Made by a program: the position numbers and the translations under genes | Notes under the pieces: generated by a model | The model's input: only the letters and a program-made list of their open reading frames with translations | What the model was told of the DNA's origin: nothing | Databases searched by the model: none | Shown: piece after piece, positions 33,122 to 42,752 of the stretch | How positions within the stretch are numbered: the stretch's first letter is position 1 | Layout: the number at the start of each line of letters is the position of its first letter | NCBI GenBank assembly: GCA_964628745.1 | Contig: CAZVOR010000001.1 | Coordinates: forward strand, 1 to 46,105 | Source of the DNA: an uncultured Halobacteriales archaeon | GTDB lineage: Archaea > Halobacteriota > Halobacteria > Halobacteriales > Hikarchaeaceae | Direction: 5' to 3' | DNA: 46,105 nt

Positions 33122-33796
33122 ATGCCCGAGGCGCTGTGCTTCGACGTGTACGGGACGCTGTTCGACACCGACAGCGTCCGCGAGCCGCTCCGCGAGCGGC
33201 TCGACGCCCCCGACGGCGTGGTCGACGCCATCGTCGCGTGCTGGCGCAACCGGCAGCTGACGTACGCCTACCAGCTCGCGCTGATGGACGCCTACCGGCC
33301 CTTCCGGTCGGTCACCGACGCCGCGCTGGACTACGCGCTGGCCTACTACGGGCTCGACGCCCGAGCCCTCGACGTCGACGCCGCCCTGGGCGCCTACGAG
33401 GCGCTCGAGCCGTTCCCCGACGTCGAGCCCGCGCTCGACCGGCTGGCCGACGCCGACCGCCGGCTGGCCGTCCTCTCGAACGGCGACCCCGACATGCTCG
33501 AGGCGGTCGTCGAGAACGCCGGCCTGACCGGCCGGTTCGAGGCCGTCGTCAGCGCCGACGAGGTCGGGACCTACAAGCCCGCGGCCGCGGTCTACGAGCG
33601 CGCCGCCGAGCGGCTCGACCTCCCGCTCGCCGAGTGCATCCTCGTCTCGGCGAACGCATGGGACGCCGTCGGGGCCGCGCAGGCCGGCATGGGCGCCGCC
33701 TGGGTCAACCGGTCCCGCGAGCCGCCCCTGCACGTCGGCGAGGCGCCGGAGCTGACCGTGGGGTCGCTCGACGAACTGGCCGACGAGCTGCGCTGA
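33122..33796 (+). CDS. haloacid dehalogenase, type II (L-2-haloacid dehalogenase-like HAD hydrolase)
   Basis: CFDVYGTLFD nucleophile motif, RQLTYAY, LSNGD, YKPAAAVY, VSANAWD. Confidence 0.88.
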   Translation: MPEALCFDVYGTLFDTDSVREPLRERLDAPDGVVDAIVACWRNRQLTYAYQLALMDAYRPFRSVTDAALDYALAYYGLDARALDVDAALGAYEALEPFPDVEPALDRLADADRRLAVLSNGDPDMLEAVVENAGLTGRFEAVVSADEVGTYKPAAAVYERAAERLDLPLAECILVSANAWDAVGAAQAGMGAAWVNRSREPPLHVGEAPELTVGSLDELADELR

Positions 33797-33807
33797 CCGC
33801 GACCGGG

Positions 33808-34074
33808 TCAGTCGACCGACTCGGCTGCGGGCGTCTCGGCGGCCGGCTCGTCGGCGACGGTGAGCTCGTAGAGGTTCTGCCGGGCGTCGGGGATGTAGAC
33901 CTCCTCGGAGACGACGCCGATGTCCCGCAGCCTCGAGAGGGCGTCGCGGACGGTCCGCTGGGAGAGCATCGACTGCTCGACGATCTGCTTCTGGGTCAGC
34001 GCGCCGTCGTACTCCAGTACCTTGTAGACGAGCTTGGCGCTCGGCGGGACGTCGGCGATCGTGCGCTCCGTCAT
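33808..34074 (-). CDS. small winged-helix (MarR/TrmB-like) transcriptional regulator
   Basis: 88 aa. SAKLVYKVLEYDGALTQKQIVEQSMLSQRTVRDALSRLRDIGVV. Divergent from the CARDB/RND locus. Confidence 0.75.
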   Translation of the reverse strand: MTERTIADVPPSAKLVYKVLEYDGALTQKQIVEQSMLSQRTVRDALSRLRDIGVVSEEVYIPDARQNLYELTVADEPAAETPAAESVD

Positions 34075-34099
34075 CGGACGCCCGCTAGGGCCGTGCCCC

Positions 34100-34108
34100 C
34101 ATAAGAAG
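34100..34108 (-). promoter_or_regulatory. TATA-like box (CTTCTTATG on the minus strand) for the 33808-34074 regulator
   Basis: Centred 30 nt upstream of ATG 34074. Confidence 0.4.
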
Positions 34109-34295
34109 GCACGTTACACCGACGTAACCGGCCCCCACCTGGCGACCGCGCGGAAGCGCCCCTCGAGACGAACGCGCCCGGAGCCGGTCGCCGCGGAATA
34201 AACTGCTGGTGCGGGTACTGCGGTTTCCGTGCGCTTATGGCCGCCCGGTCGGGACGGACCGGCAACCGCCGGCCGCGCTGTGGCCGCCGTCCACC

Positions 34296-35888
34296 ATGGC
34301 CCGACTCACCGCCGTCGTCCTCGTCGCCGTCGTCGTCGCGTCGACGGCGGGGGTCGCCCACGCCGACACCCGCGGCAGCCCCGACCTGAGCGTCCACCTG
34401 CCGGACAACCGGGTGGTCCCGGGGGAGCGGACGACGCTCGACGTGTACCTCCAGAACGCCGGCGACATCGACGTCGGCGGCCCCGCGAACAGCGAGTCGC
34501 GCGTGACGACCGCTCGGGACGTCCGGGTCACGCTCGAGGCGGCTGGAGCGCCGCTCTCGGTCGAGACCGCGACCCGGCCGGTCGGGAGCGTCCCGGAGGG
34601 CCTGGCGGGCCCCGTCTCGTTCGCCGTCTCGGTCGACGAGTCGGCCGCGCCGGGCCGCTACGCGCTCCCAGTGACCGTCGCGTACACGTACACCAGCCGC
34701 ATCGACGAGGACGACCCGGACGGGCCGACGCACTCGCAGTCGTCCGGGACGGTCGAGACGACCGTCGAGCTCGTCGTCGAGGACCGCGCGCGGTTCGCCG
34801 TGGCTGACGCGCGGGCGGACGTCGCGGTCGGCGGCGCCGGGACCGTCGAGCTCCGCGTGCGCCACGACGGCACCGAGGCGGTCGAGGACGCGACCGTGAC
34901 GGTCCGGTCGGAGGACCCGGCGCTCGCGTTCGGCGGGGGGACGAGCGCCGCGACGTTCGTCGGGGCCTGGGCGCCGGGGGAGAGCCGGACGCTCTCGCTT
35001 TCCGCCACTGTCGCGGACGGCATCGACGCGCGCCCGCTGCCGCTGGCCGTGACCGTCGACTTCCGCGACGACGACGGCGAGCGGCACCAGTCCGAACCCG
35101 TCACGACGGGCGTCACGCCCGACGCCGAGCAGGCGTTCGCCGTCTCCGACGTGGAGAGCACGCTCGCGGTCGGCGACGAGGGCACGCTGCGCGGGACGGT
35201 CACCAACGCCGGCGCGACGACGGTCCGGAACGCCGTCGTGGTCTTCTCGGCGGAGAACGCCAACGTCGTCCCGGTCGAGACGGAGCACGCCGTCGGCGAC
35301 CTCGGGCCGGGCGAGTCGACGACGTTCTCCTTCGACGCCGAGGTCTCGGACTCGGCCGCCGCGGGCCCACGGCAGCTCTCGCTCGCCGTCCGCTACCGCG
35401 ACGCCGGGGACGACGTCCGGCGCAGCGGCCCGCACGACGTCCGGGTCGGCGTCGGGCCCCGACGGCCCGTCTTCGACGTCGAGCGGGTCGGCGAGCCCCT
35501 CGCGGCGGGGACCTCGGGCCGCCTCGAGCTGCGCGTTACCAACGCCGGCGACGAGGCCGTGTCGGCCGTCTCCGCGAAGCTGTTCGCCGACGACCCGCTC
35601 GCCTCGAGCGACGACGAGGCGTTCGTCGCCCGGCTCGAGCCGGGCGAGACCACGGTCATGCGGTTCGAGCTGTCCGCCGCCGCGGACGCGCTCGAGAAGG
35701 TCTACCCCCTGTCGCTCGACTTCCAGTACGAGGACGAGGACGGCGACACCAGGCTGTCGAACACCTACGACGTGCCCGTCGACGTGACCGCGAACGGCGA
35801 CGCCGGCCTCCCGCCGGTGGCCCTCCTCGCCGCCGCCGTCGCCGTGCTCGCGCTGGTCGGGGGCGTCTGGTACCTGCGGCGCCGGTAG
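34296..35888 (+). CDS. secreted, C-terminally anchored protein with about four CARDB / S-layer-like (COG1361-type) repeats
   Basis: Signal peptide MARLTAVVLVAVVVASTAGVAHA. Recurring modules of about 100 aa (e.g. GTLRGTVTNAGATTVRNAVVVF, GRLELRVTNAGDEAVSAVSAKLF). C-terminal TM LLAAAVAVLALVGGVWYLRRR. Confidence 0.8.
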   Translation: MARLTAVVLVAVVVASTAGVAHADTRGSPDLSVHLPDNRVVPGERTTLDVYLQNAGDIDVGGPANSESRVTTARDVRVTLEAAGAPLSVETATRPVGSVPEGLAGPVSFAVSVDESAAPGRYALPVTVAYTYTSRIDEDDPDGPTHSQSSGTVETTVELVVEDRARFAVADARADVAVGGAGTVELRVRHDGTEAVEDATVTVRSEDPALAFGGGTSAATFVGAWAPGESRTLSLSATVADGIDARPLPLAVTVDFRDDDGERHQSEPVTTGVTPDAEQAFAVSDVESTLAVGDEGTLRGTVTNAGATTVRNAVVVFSAENANVVPVETEHAVGDLGPGESTTFSFDAEVSDSAAAGPRQLSLAVRYRDAGDDVRRSGPHDVRVGVGPRRPVFDVERVGEPLAAGTSGRLELRVTNAGDEAVSAVSAKLFADDPLASSDDEAFVARLEPGETTVMRFELSAAADALEKVYPLSLDFQYEDEDGDTRLSNTYDVPVDVTANGDAGLPPVALLAAAVAVLALVGGVWYLRRR

Positions 35889-35889
35889 G

Positions 35890-38382
35890 ATGGCCGTCGA
35901 CCGCCTGCTCGAGCCGCTGACGGCCGAAATCGCCGACCGCCCGGGACGGGTCATCGCCGCCTTCCTCGTCGTCACGGCCGTCTTCGCCGTCGGCCTCGGG
36001 AACGTCGGTACCGAGGCGGGCTTCGAGTCGTTCACGCGGGACATCCCCGCCGAGCGGGCGCTCGAGGAGATCGACCGGGAGTTCGGCAGCGGCTTCGGCG
36101 GTGCCGTCGGGAGCACGCAGCTCATCCAGACCGGCGAGAACGTGCTGGAAAAGCGGGGGCTGGTCCGGATGCTCGAGGCCCAGCACCGCCTGGAGCGCAC
36201 CTCGTCGCTCCGGGTGGTCTCGACCACGAGCGCCGCGGCCATCGTCGCGCGGACCATCGACCCGACCGCGACGACCACGGAGCGCCAGCTGCGGGTCGTC
36301 GAACGGGCGACGCCCGGCGAGATCGACGCCGCGGTCCGGACCGCCGACCGGGAGGACCCCGGCTTCGCCGAGCTCCTGTCGGACGACTTCAACCCGCGGT
36401 CGGCGTCGGCGTCGGCCACCGTCGGCGTCGTCCGGCACTCGGTCCCCGCCGGCCTGGCGGCCGGCGCCGGCGTCGGCGGCTCGAGCCCGCTCACGGACCT
36501 CCAGCTGCGCGCCCGACACGTCGTGGCGACCGTCGGCGGCGACGTCCGCGTGTTCGGGACGGGCGTGTTCGCCGAGGAGTTCTCGACCGTCATCGAGGAC
36601 TCGCTGCTGCTGACCGTCCCGGCCGCGGTCGCCTTCATCGTCCTGTTCCTGGTGGTCGCCTACCGGGACCTCCTCGACCTGCTCCTGGGCGGCATCGCGC
36701 TCGTGATGGCCGTCGTCTGGACGTTCGGGTTCATGGGCCTGGCCGGCATCCCCTTCTCGCAGATGCTCATCGCGGTGCCGCCGCTGCTGCTGGCGGTCGG
36801 CATCGACTTCGGCATCCACGCCATCAACCGCTACCGCGAGGAGCGCGTGGCCGGCCTCGACGTCGGCCCGGCGATGCGCGTCACCGGCCGGCAGCTGGTC
36901 GTCGCGTTCGCCCTCGTCACGGGGACGACCGTCATCGGCTTCCTCTCGAACCTCACCTCCGCGCTGGCGCCCATCCGGGACTTCGGCCTCGTCGCCAGCG
37001 CCGGCATCCTGTTCACGTTCCTCGTCTTCGGCATCTACCTGCCCGCCTCGAAGGTGTACGTCGACCGGCTGCGCGAGCGCTACCCCCTGCCCACCTTCAG
37101 CCAGACGCCGCTCGGCCGGGAGGGCTCGCGGCTCGGCGCGACGCTCGCCGGGGGGGTGTCCGTCGCCCGCGTCGCCCCGGCCCTGTTCGTGCTGCTCGCC
37201 GTGCTCGGCACCGTCGGCGCGGGCTACTACGCGACCGGGGTCGACACCGCGTTCAGCGAGGAGGACTTCCTGCCGCCCGCCGAGACCGACCCGCTGCTGC
37301 TCGCCCTCCCCGAGCCGTTCCGCCCCAGCGAGTACACCGTCGTCCGCGACCTCGAGCTCCTCGAGTCCCGATTCGCCTCCGCGCAGGACGACACCGTGAC
37401 GGTGCTGCTGTCCGGGCCGATGGAGCGCGACGTGGCGCTGGAGGCCATCCAGCGCGCGGGGGAGGACCCGCCGCCGGCGTTCGTCCGCGACGGCCGGTCC
37501 GCCGACGCGACGAGCATCGTCACGGTCGTCCGGGACCAGGCCGCCCGCGACCCCGAGTTCGCCGACCTGGTCGCCCGGAACGACCGAGACGGCGACGGCG
37601 TCCCCGACCGGAACCTCGGGCAGGTCTACGACGCGCTGCTCGAGACGGGGGCCCGCGAGGAGGCCCGGTCGTACCTCGCCGACGACCGCCGGAGCGCCCG
37701 CGTGGTCTACCCGACGAAGAGCTCCGCGAGCCAGTCGGCCGTCGCCGCTGACGCCCGCGCGATGGCCGACCGGTACCGGACGTCGGCCACCGCGACGGGC
37801 GACACGGTCGTCTTCCAGGCCATCGCGTCCGTCCTGCTCGAGTCCGCGGTGGTGAGCCTCGCCGTCGCGCTGGTCGCGGCGGCGGTCTTCCTCGTGCTGG
37901 CCTACCGCCTGTTCGTGGGGTACGCCACGCTCGGCGTCGCCAACCTCGTCCCCATCGTCGTGACCGTCGCCGCGCTCGGCGGGACGATGCGGGCCGCGGG
38001 CATCTCCTTCAACGCGTTCACCGCGACCATCCTGGCCATCACCATCGGGCTCGGCATCGACTACTCCGTGCACGTCACCCACCGGTTCGCCGACGAGCTC
38101 GAGCGCCGGCCGGCGATGGCCGCGCTCGAGCGGACCGTCCGCGGCACCGGCGGCGCGCTGACCGGCAGCATGCTCACGACGGTGTTCGGCATCGGCGTGC
38201 TCGTGCTCGCGGTGTTCCCCGCCATCGGCCAGTTCGGGGTGCTCACCGGCCTGTCGGTGCTCTACGCCTACCTCGCGTCGCTGGTCGTCCTCCCGTCGGT
38301 GCTCGCCGTCTGGGTGCGGCTGGTCGACCCCGCCGCGCCACGAACGCCCGCCGGGACGGCCGACGGGCCCGAGATACTCTGA
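35890..38382 (+). CDS. RND-superfamily exporter (MMPL / COG1033-type)
   Basis: 830 aa with two homologous halves. Each half is an extracytoplasmic domain followed by a TM bundle carrying the GIDFGIH / GIDYSVH motif. It starts 1 nt after the upstream stop. Confidence 0.9.
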   Translation: MAVDRLLEPLTAEIADRPGRVIAAFLVVTAVFAVGLGNVGTEAGFESFTRDIPAERALEEIDREFGSGFGGAVGSTQLIQTGENVLEKRGLVRMLEAQHRLERTSSLRVVSTTSAAAIVARTIDPTATTTERQLRVVERATPGEIDAAVRTADREDPGFAELLSDDFNPRSASASATVGVVRHSVPAGLAAGAGVGGSSPLTDLQLRARHVVATVGGDVRVFGTGVFAEEFSTVIEDSLLLTVPAAVAFIVLFLVVAYRDLLDLLLGGIALVMAVVWTFGFMGLAGIPFSQMLIAVPPLLLAVGIDFGIHAINRYREERVAGLDVGPAMRVTGRQLVVAFALVTGTTVIGFLSNLTSALAPIRDFGLVASAGILFTFLVFGIYLPASKVYVDRLRERYPLPTFSQTPLGREGSRLGATLAGGVSVARVAPALFVLLAVLGTVGAGYYATGVDTAFSEEDFLPPAETDPLLLALPEPFRPSEYTVVRDLELLESRFASAQDDTVTVLLSGPMERDVALEAIQRAGEDPPPAFVRDGRSADATSIVTVVRDQAARDPEFADLVARNDRDGDGVPDRNLGQVYDALLETGAREEARSYLADDRRSARVVYPTKSSASQSAVAADARAMADRYRTSATATGDTVVFQAIASVLLESAVVSLAVALVAAAVFLVLAYRLFVGYATLGVANLVPIVVTVAALGGTMRAAGISFNAFTATILAITIGLGIDYSVHVTHRFADELERRPAMAALERTVRGTGGALTGSMLTTVFGIGVLVLAVFPAIGQFGVLTGLSVLYAYLASLVVLPSVLAVWVRLVDPAAPRTPAGTADGPEIL

Positions 38383-38454
38383 CCCGGTCGACATCGCGTT
38401 CCGGCACGGCTCACTGGCCGGAATCGCGCGCGGGCGCCGCCGCCGATGGAGAAG

Positions 38455-38462
38455 GCTTATCC
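38455..38462 (+). promoter_or_regulatory. TATA-like box (GCTTATCC) for the ABC ATPase gene
   Basis: Centred about 30 nt upstream of ATG 38489. Confidence 0.4.
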
Positions 38463-38488
38463 TGCGGGCGCTGGTCGGTGGGGGTCCG

Positions 38489-39229
38489 ATGACCGTCATC
38501 CGCGCGGCCGACGTCTCGAAGTCGTTCGGCGAGCTCGCCGCGCTCTCGGGGCTGTCACTGGCCGTCGAGGCGGGGGAGCTCTTCGGCCTCCTGGGCCCGA
38601 ACGGCGCGGGCAAGACGACGACCATCCGCATCCTCACCGGCCAGCTGGCCCCCGACGCCGGCGAGGTGTCGGTGCTCGGCGTCGACCCGGCCGCCGAGCC
38701 CGTCGAGGCCAGGCGGCGGGTCGGGGTGCTGCCCGAGCAGGCCTCGCCGCCGTCGTTTCTGACTCCGCGGGAGTACTTCGATTTCGTCGGCACGGTCCGC
38801 GAGCTCGACGACGACCTCGTCGCCGACCGGGTCGCCGACTGGACCGAGCGGCTGGCCTTCGCCGAGAAGCTCGACACGCTCAACACCGACCTCTCCCGCG
38901 GCCAGCAGCAGAAGGTGATGATCACCGCGACGTTCCTGCACGAGCCCGCCGTCGTGTTCATCGACGAGCCGCTCGTGAACCTCGACCCCATCGTTCAGGA
39001 GCGGGTCAAGCGGTTCATCGCGGGGTACGTCGAGGCCGGGAACGCCGTCTTCCTGTCGACCCACCACATCGAGGTCGCCGAGCAGCTGTGCACCCGCGTC
39101 GGCGTCGTGCGCGGCGGCCGGCTGGTCGCCGAGCGCGAGCCCGGGTCGCTGGCCGAGGGCGAGTCGCTGCTCGACGTCTTCCTGGCCGACGTCGAGAGGG
39201 AGCCGGCGACGGCCGCCCGCGGGGCGTGA
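38489..39229 (+). CDS. ABC transporter ATP-binding protein (ABC-2 exporter type)
   Basis: Walker A GPNGAGKTT, signature LSRGQQQKV, Walker B VFIDEP, H-loop STHH. Confidence 0.92.
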   Translation: MTVIRAADVSKSFGELAALSGLSLAVEAGELFGLLGPNGAGKTTTIRILTGQLAPDAGEVSVLGVDPAAEPVEARRRVGVLPEQASPPSFLTPREYFDFVGTVRELDDDLVADRVADWTERLAFAEKLDTLNTDLSRGQQQKVMITATFLHEPAVVFIDEPLVNLDPIVQERVKRFIAGYVEAGNAVFLSTHHIEVAEQLCTRVGVVRGGRLVAEREPGSLAEGESLLDVFLADVEREPATAARGA

Positions 39230-39230
39230 G

Positions 39231-40661
39231 ATGGGCCGCGGCCTGACGGTCGCCGTGCTGGCCGCCATGGCCCGCGAGGAGTGGCGGCTGCACGCGGCGG
39301 TGTTCGGCGGCCGGCGGTTCGCGGCGTTCCCGGCCTTCGTCGCGGCCGCCGGCGCGGGGGCGGTGTGGCTGCTGGTGTGGACCGGCTCGAGCCCAGCGGA
39401 CGTCGCCCTCGGGCTCCACCTGCTCGTCCTCGCCTTCGGGCTGTACACGGGCTCGGCCGGGCTGGTCGGCCGCGACGCGATGCGGGACCTGCTCGGTGAC
39501 GTCACGCTGGTGGTCTTCTCGGCCAGGACGCTGCCGGTCGGCCAGCGGCGGCTGCTCGCGGCCTTCCTCGTCAAGGACGTCGCCTACTACGCCGCGCTGT
39601 TCCTCGTCCCGCTGGCGGTCGCCTACGCGCCGGCGGCCGTCGCGGCCGGCACCCTCGCCCGGCTGCCCCTGCTGTGGGCGACGCTCGCGGGGACGTTCGT
39701 CCTCGGGCTCGCGGTCACGTTCGCGGCCATCGCCGCCGGGACGCGGGGTCGGACCGGCACCGCCGCGCTGCTGGCCGGCGGCGTCGCCCTTGGCGGCGCG
39801 TGGGTCGCCGGCGTCGACCTGGTCGGGCTCACCCCGTACGGCCTCTACCGGGACCCCGGGTCGCTCGCGCCGGCGGTCGGGCTGGCGGCGACCGTCGCGC
39901 TGCTCGCCGCGGGCTTCGCGGCCTTCGACCCGACCCACGAGACGCCGGCGCGCACGGCCGAGGCGCAGTTCGCGCGCTGGCGGCGACGGCTGCGGTACGA
40001 CCCGGACGGCCTCCTGTCGAAGACGCTGCTCGACGTCGCTCGCTCGGGCGGCGGGTTCGGGAAGGTGCTGTTCTCGGGGGGCGTGCTGTTCGCCGTGGGC
40101 GCCTACCTCATCGCGCTCGCCGAGGCCATCACCGGCCTGGCGCCCTCGACGGGGCTGTCGTTCGGCGCCATCCTGCCCCTGTCGGCGTTCACGACGTACA
40201 ACTGGGTGACCCAGTTCGACGACCTCGATGCCTACGGGGCGTACCCCCTCTCGACCGCCGCGGTGTTCGAGGCCAAGTTCCGGGCGTTCCTCCTGCTGGG
40301 GCTGCCGACGGCGCTCTCGTACTACCTGCTGGCCGTTGCGCTGTGGGGCGAGCGGACGTCGGTGGCGCTCGCCGGCGGCGCGCTGCTCGTCGGCCTGTCG
40401 GTCTACCTGTTCGGGCTGACGGTCGCACTGGCCGGGCTGGACCCGAACGAGTTCCTCTTCGATACGGTCCGGTTCGCGCTCTTCACGCTCGGCGCAGCCG
40501 TCCCGCTGGTGCCGGTCCTCGTGGTCGCGTTCGTCCTGTCGCCGGCGCCGCCGGCGTGGCTCGCCGGGCTGGCCGGCCTCGGGCTGGCGCTGGGCGTCGC
40601 CGGGCTCGGGCTGTTCCGGTGGACCGTGCCGCACTGGGCGGCGCGGTACCGCCGCGGGTAG
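39231..40661 (+). CDS. large polytopic membrane protein, putative permease partner of the ABC ATPase
   Basis: 476 aa with 10 or more hydrophobic helices. It starts 1 nt after the ATPase stop. No permease family recognised by eye. Confidence 0.7.
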   Translation: MGRGLTVAVLAAMAREEWRLHAAVFGGRRFAAFPAFVAAAGAGAVWLLVWTGSSPADVALGLHLLVLAFGLYTGSAGLVGRDAMRDLLGDVTLVVFSARTLPVGQRRLLAAFLVKDVAYYAALFLVPLAVAYAPAAVAAGTLARLPLLWATLAGTFVLGLAVTFAAIAAGTRGRTGTAALLAGGVALGGAWVAGVDLVGLTPYGLYRDPGSLAPAVGLAATVALLAAGFAAFDPTHETPARTAEAQFARWRRRLRYDPDGLLSKTLLDVARSGGGFGKVLFSGGVLFAVGAYLIALAEAITGLAPSTGLSFGAILPLSAFTTYNWVTQFDDLDAYGAYPLSTAAVFEAKFRAFLLLGLPTALSYYLLAVALWGERTSVALAGGALLVGLSVYLFGLTVALAGLDPNEFLFDTVRFALFTLGAAVPLVPVLVVAFVLSPAPPAWLAGLAGLGLALGVAGLGLFRWTVPHWAARYRRG

Positions 40662-40763
40662 CCGACTCGCGGACGAGCCGCTTTCGGCCGGAGCCCAACG
40701 ATTATGGACGGTTCGGCCGTTGGAGCACGCACGGCCCGCGCGGACGGGCCGCAGGAGAACACG

Positions 40764-41069
40764 ATGGGGACCTACATCGCACTGCTCTCGTACACGGAGG
40801 ACGGCATGGAGGAGATCGAGGAGAGCCCGCGGCGCATCGACGAGGCCCGGTCGCTGCTCGAGGAGCTCGGCGGCTCGCTCGAGTCGTGGTACCTGACGCT
40901 TGGCGGCCACGACGCCGTGGCCGTCATCGAGCTGCCCGACGACGAGGCCATGGCGCAGTTCCTGCTCGCCGTCGGGCGCGCGGGGGCCGTCACCACCGAG
41001 ACGCTGAAGGCGTTCACCGAGGACGAGTTCCGCGGGCTCGTCGGCGGCCTCCCGGAGCTGTCGCACTGA
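40764..41069 (+). CDS. GYD-domain protein
   Basis: MGTYIALLSYTEDGMEEIEESPRR ... GAVTTETLKAF, about 100 aa. An SD-like AGGAG lies 9 nt upstream of ATG 40764. Confidence 0.8.
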   Translation: MGTYIALLSYTEDGMEEIEESPRRIDEARSLLEELGGSLESWYLTLGGHDAVAVIELPDDEAMAQFLLAVGRAGAVTTETLKAFTEDEFRGLVGGLPELSH

Positions 41070-41348
41070 CCGGGACGCCCCGCCCGCCCACCGGGACGGC
41101 CGCGCCTCCCCCGGGGTCGTCGAGCCGGCGGCTCACGCCGGCGCGGCGCCGTTCTCGGCCGGCGTGACCCGCAGCTCGAGCGCCAGGGCGCCCAGGCCGA
41201 CGGCGACGGCGAGCGCGACCATCGCCGGCCAGAGCCACGGCTCGAGGCCGTAGTCGAAGAAGGCGCCGCCGACGAGGCCGCCGAGGAGACGCGACCGGTC
41301 CCCGGGAATGACGCAGCCTTCAAGAGCCGCGCCCGCGCGGTGACCGGC

Positions 41349-42728
41349 ATGGAACGGGTGGACGTCGCGGTGGTCGGCGGCGGCCCCGCCGGCGCCAGCG
41401 CGGCGCACGCCGCGGCCCTCGGCGGCGCGGACGTCGTCGCCGTCGAGAAGGGGGTCCCGAGGGAGGACCGGGACGGGCCCGGCCCCGACTCGACCGACGC
41501 CGCCGGCATCCTCGACTACTGGGTCGACATCATGGGCATCGACCCCGGCGAGCTCCCCGACGGCGTCGTGCTGCGCGAGCTCGACCGCGCGACGTTCGTC
41601 GGCCCGACCGAGTCCCTCGTGCTGCGCGAGACCGGCATCGACGCCAGCTACCCCCACTTCGGCTACACGTACGACCGGGCGCGGTTCGACGACTGGCTGG
41701 TCGAGCGCGCCCGTTCGGCCGGTGCCGAGTACCGCGTCGGGGACGGCGTCCGGTCGGTCGAGACGACGCTCGCGGGCGGGCCCGTCCACCGCCTGACGCT
41801 CCGGAGCGGCGACGAGCTCGAGGCCGAGCACCTCGTCCTGGCGGACGGCCCCCAGCGCGCCGTGACGATGGGCGTGCTCGACCGGTTCCTCCCCGGGGCC
41901 AAGCGCGCCAGCGACCTGCTGTCGCCGCCGCGGGCCAACCACATCGCCTACCAGGAGTACCGCCGGTTCCCCGAGGAGCTCGTCGAGCCGAGCGCCATCA
42001 GGTTCTGGTGGGGCTACCTGCCGGGGCACACCGCGTACCCCTGGGTCTTCCCGAACGACGGGACCGTCGCCCGCGTCGGCCTCACGATGCCGATGGGGAT
42101 CGACCTCGACACCGTCCCCGACCGGGCGGACTACCGCCTGCTCCGCGACGACGACGAGCGGATGCCGCCCGGCCGGGAGGTCGTCCGCCGGCTGCTCGAA
42201 CAGGAGTACGGCGACGCGTACGACGTCGACGCCGACTTCCCGATGGTCGAGGACCGCGGGAAGGACGCGGGCACCGAGACCTACCCCATCTCGTCGACGC
42301 GCCCGGTCGACTCGCCGGTGGGCGCGAACGTCGCCGTGACCGGTGGCGCGATGGGGGCCACCTCGGCCTTCCACGAGGGCGGCGGCCACGTCGCGGTACG
42401 GACGGGCGCCATCGCCGGGACGCTGGCCGCCCGCGGCGAGCTCGACCGGTACAACGACGCCTGGCGCGAGGTCATCGGCGACGAGGTCCGCCGGAACGTC
42501 GCGCTGGCCGAACTCGTGAGGGGCTACGGCCCGTCCGACTGGGACCGCGTCTTCCGCATCACGAACCGCGTCCTCGAGCTCGGCGCCCAGGGCGGCGTCA
42601 CCCTGCGGAAGGGCGTCTCGGCGGCCGGCCCGTCGGGGCTCGCGCTCGCCGCCCGGTACAAGTGGTACAAGCGCCGCTTCGGCGGCGAGCGGCTCCCCCA
42701 GATAACCGAGTCGGACTACCGCTACTGA
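41349..42728 (+). CDS. FAD-dependent oxidoreductase, geranylgeranyl reductase family paralog
   Basis: MERVDVAVVGGGPAGASAAHAAA dinucleotide-binding motif at the N-terminus, and WVFPNDG. I prefer ATG 41349 over GTG 41340. Confidence 0.88.
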   Translation: MERVDVAVVGGGPAGASAAHAAALGGADVVAVEKGVPREDRDGPGPDSTDAAGILDYWVDIMGIDPGELPDGVVLRELDRATFVGPTESLVLRETGIDASYPHFGYTYDRARFDDWLVERARSAGAEYRVGDGVRSVETTLAGGPVHRLTLRSGDELEAEHLVLADGPQRAVTMGVLDRFLPGAKRASDLLSPPRANHIAYQEYRRFPEELVEPSAIRFWWGYLPGHTAYPWVFPNDGTVARVGLTMPMGIDLDTVPDRADYRLLRDDDERMPPGREVVRRLLEQEYGDAYDVDADFPMVEDRGKDAGTETYPISSTRPVDSPVGANVAVTGGAMGATSAFHEGGGHVAVRTGAIAGTLAARGELDRYNDAWREVIGDEVRRNVALAELVRGYGPSDWDRVFRITNRVLELGAQGGVTLRKGVSAAGPSGLALAARYKWYKRRFGGERLPQITESDYRY

Positions 42729-42752
42729 GCGGCCGCCGGCCGCCCGGGTCAC

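Noticed and set aside
5395-33796. The possibility that the catabolic block is a mobile genomic island.
   Set aside because: I saw no integrase, transposase, tRNA target, flanking direct repeats or clear compositional break in the window. Base composition and codon style look uniform with the flanking housekeeping genes.
41133-42752. A 539-aa minus-strand ORF antisense to the GGR-family gene.
   Set aside because: The plus-strand gene has an unambiguous N-terminal GGGPAG FAD motif and a family-like sequence throughout. Only the last 55 or so codons of the antisense ORF, which lie outside the GGR gene, look coding-like. Those codons are reported separately as a low-confidence finding.
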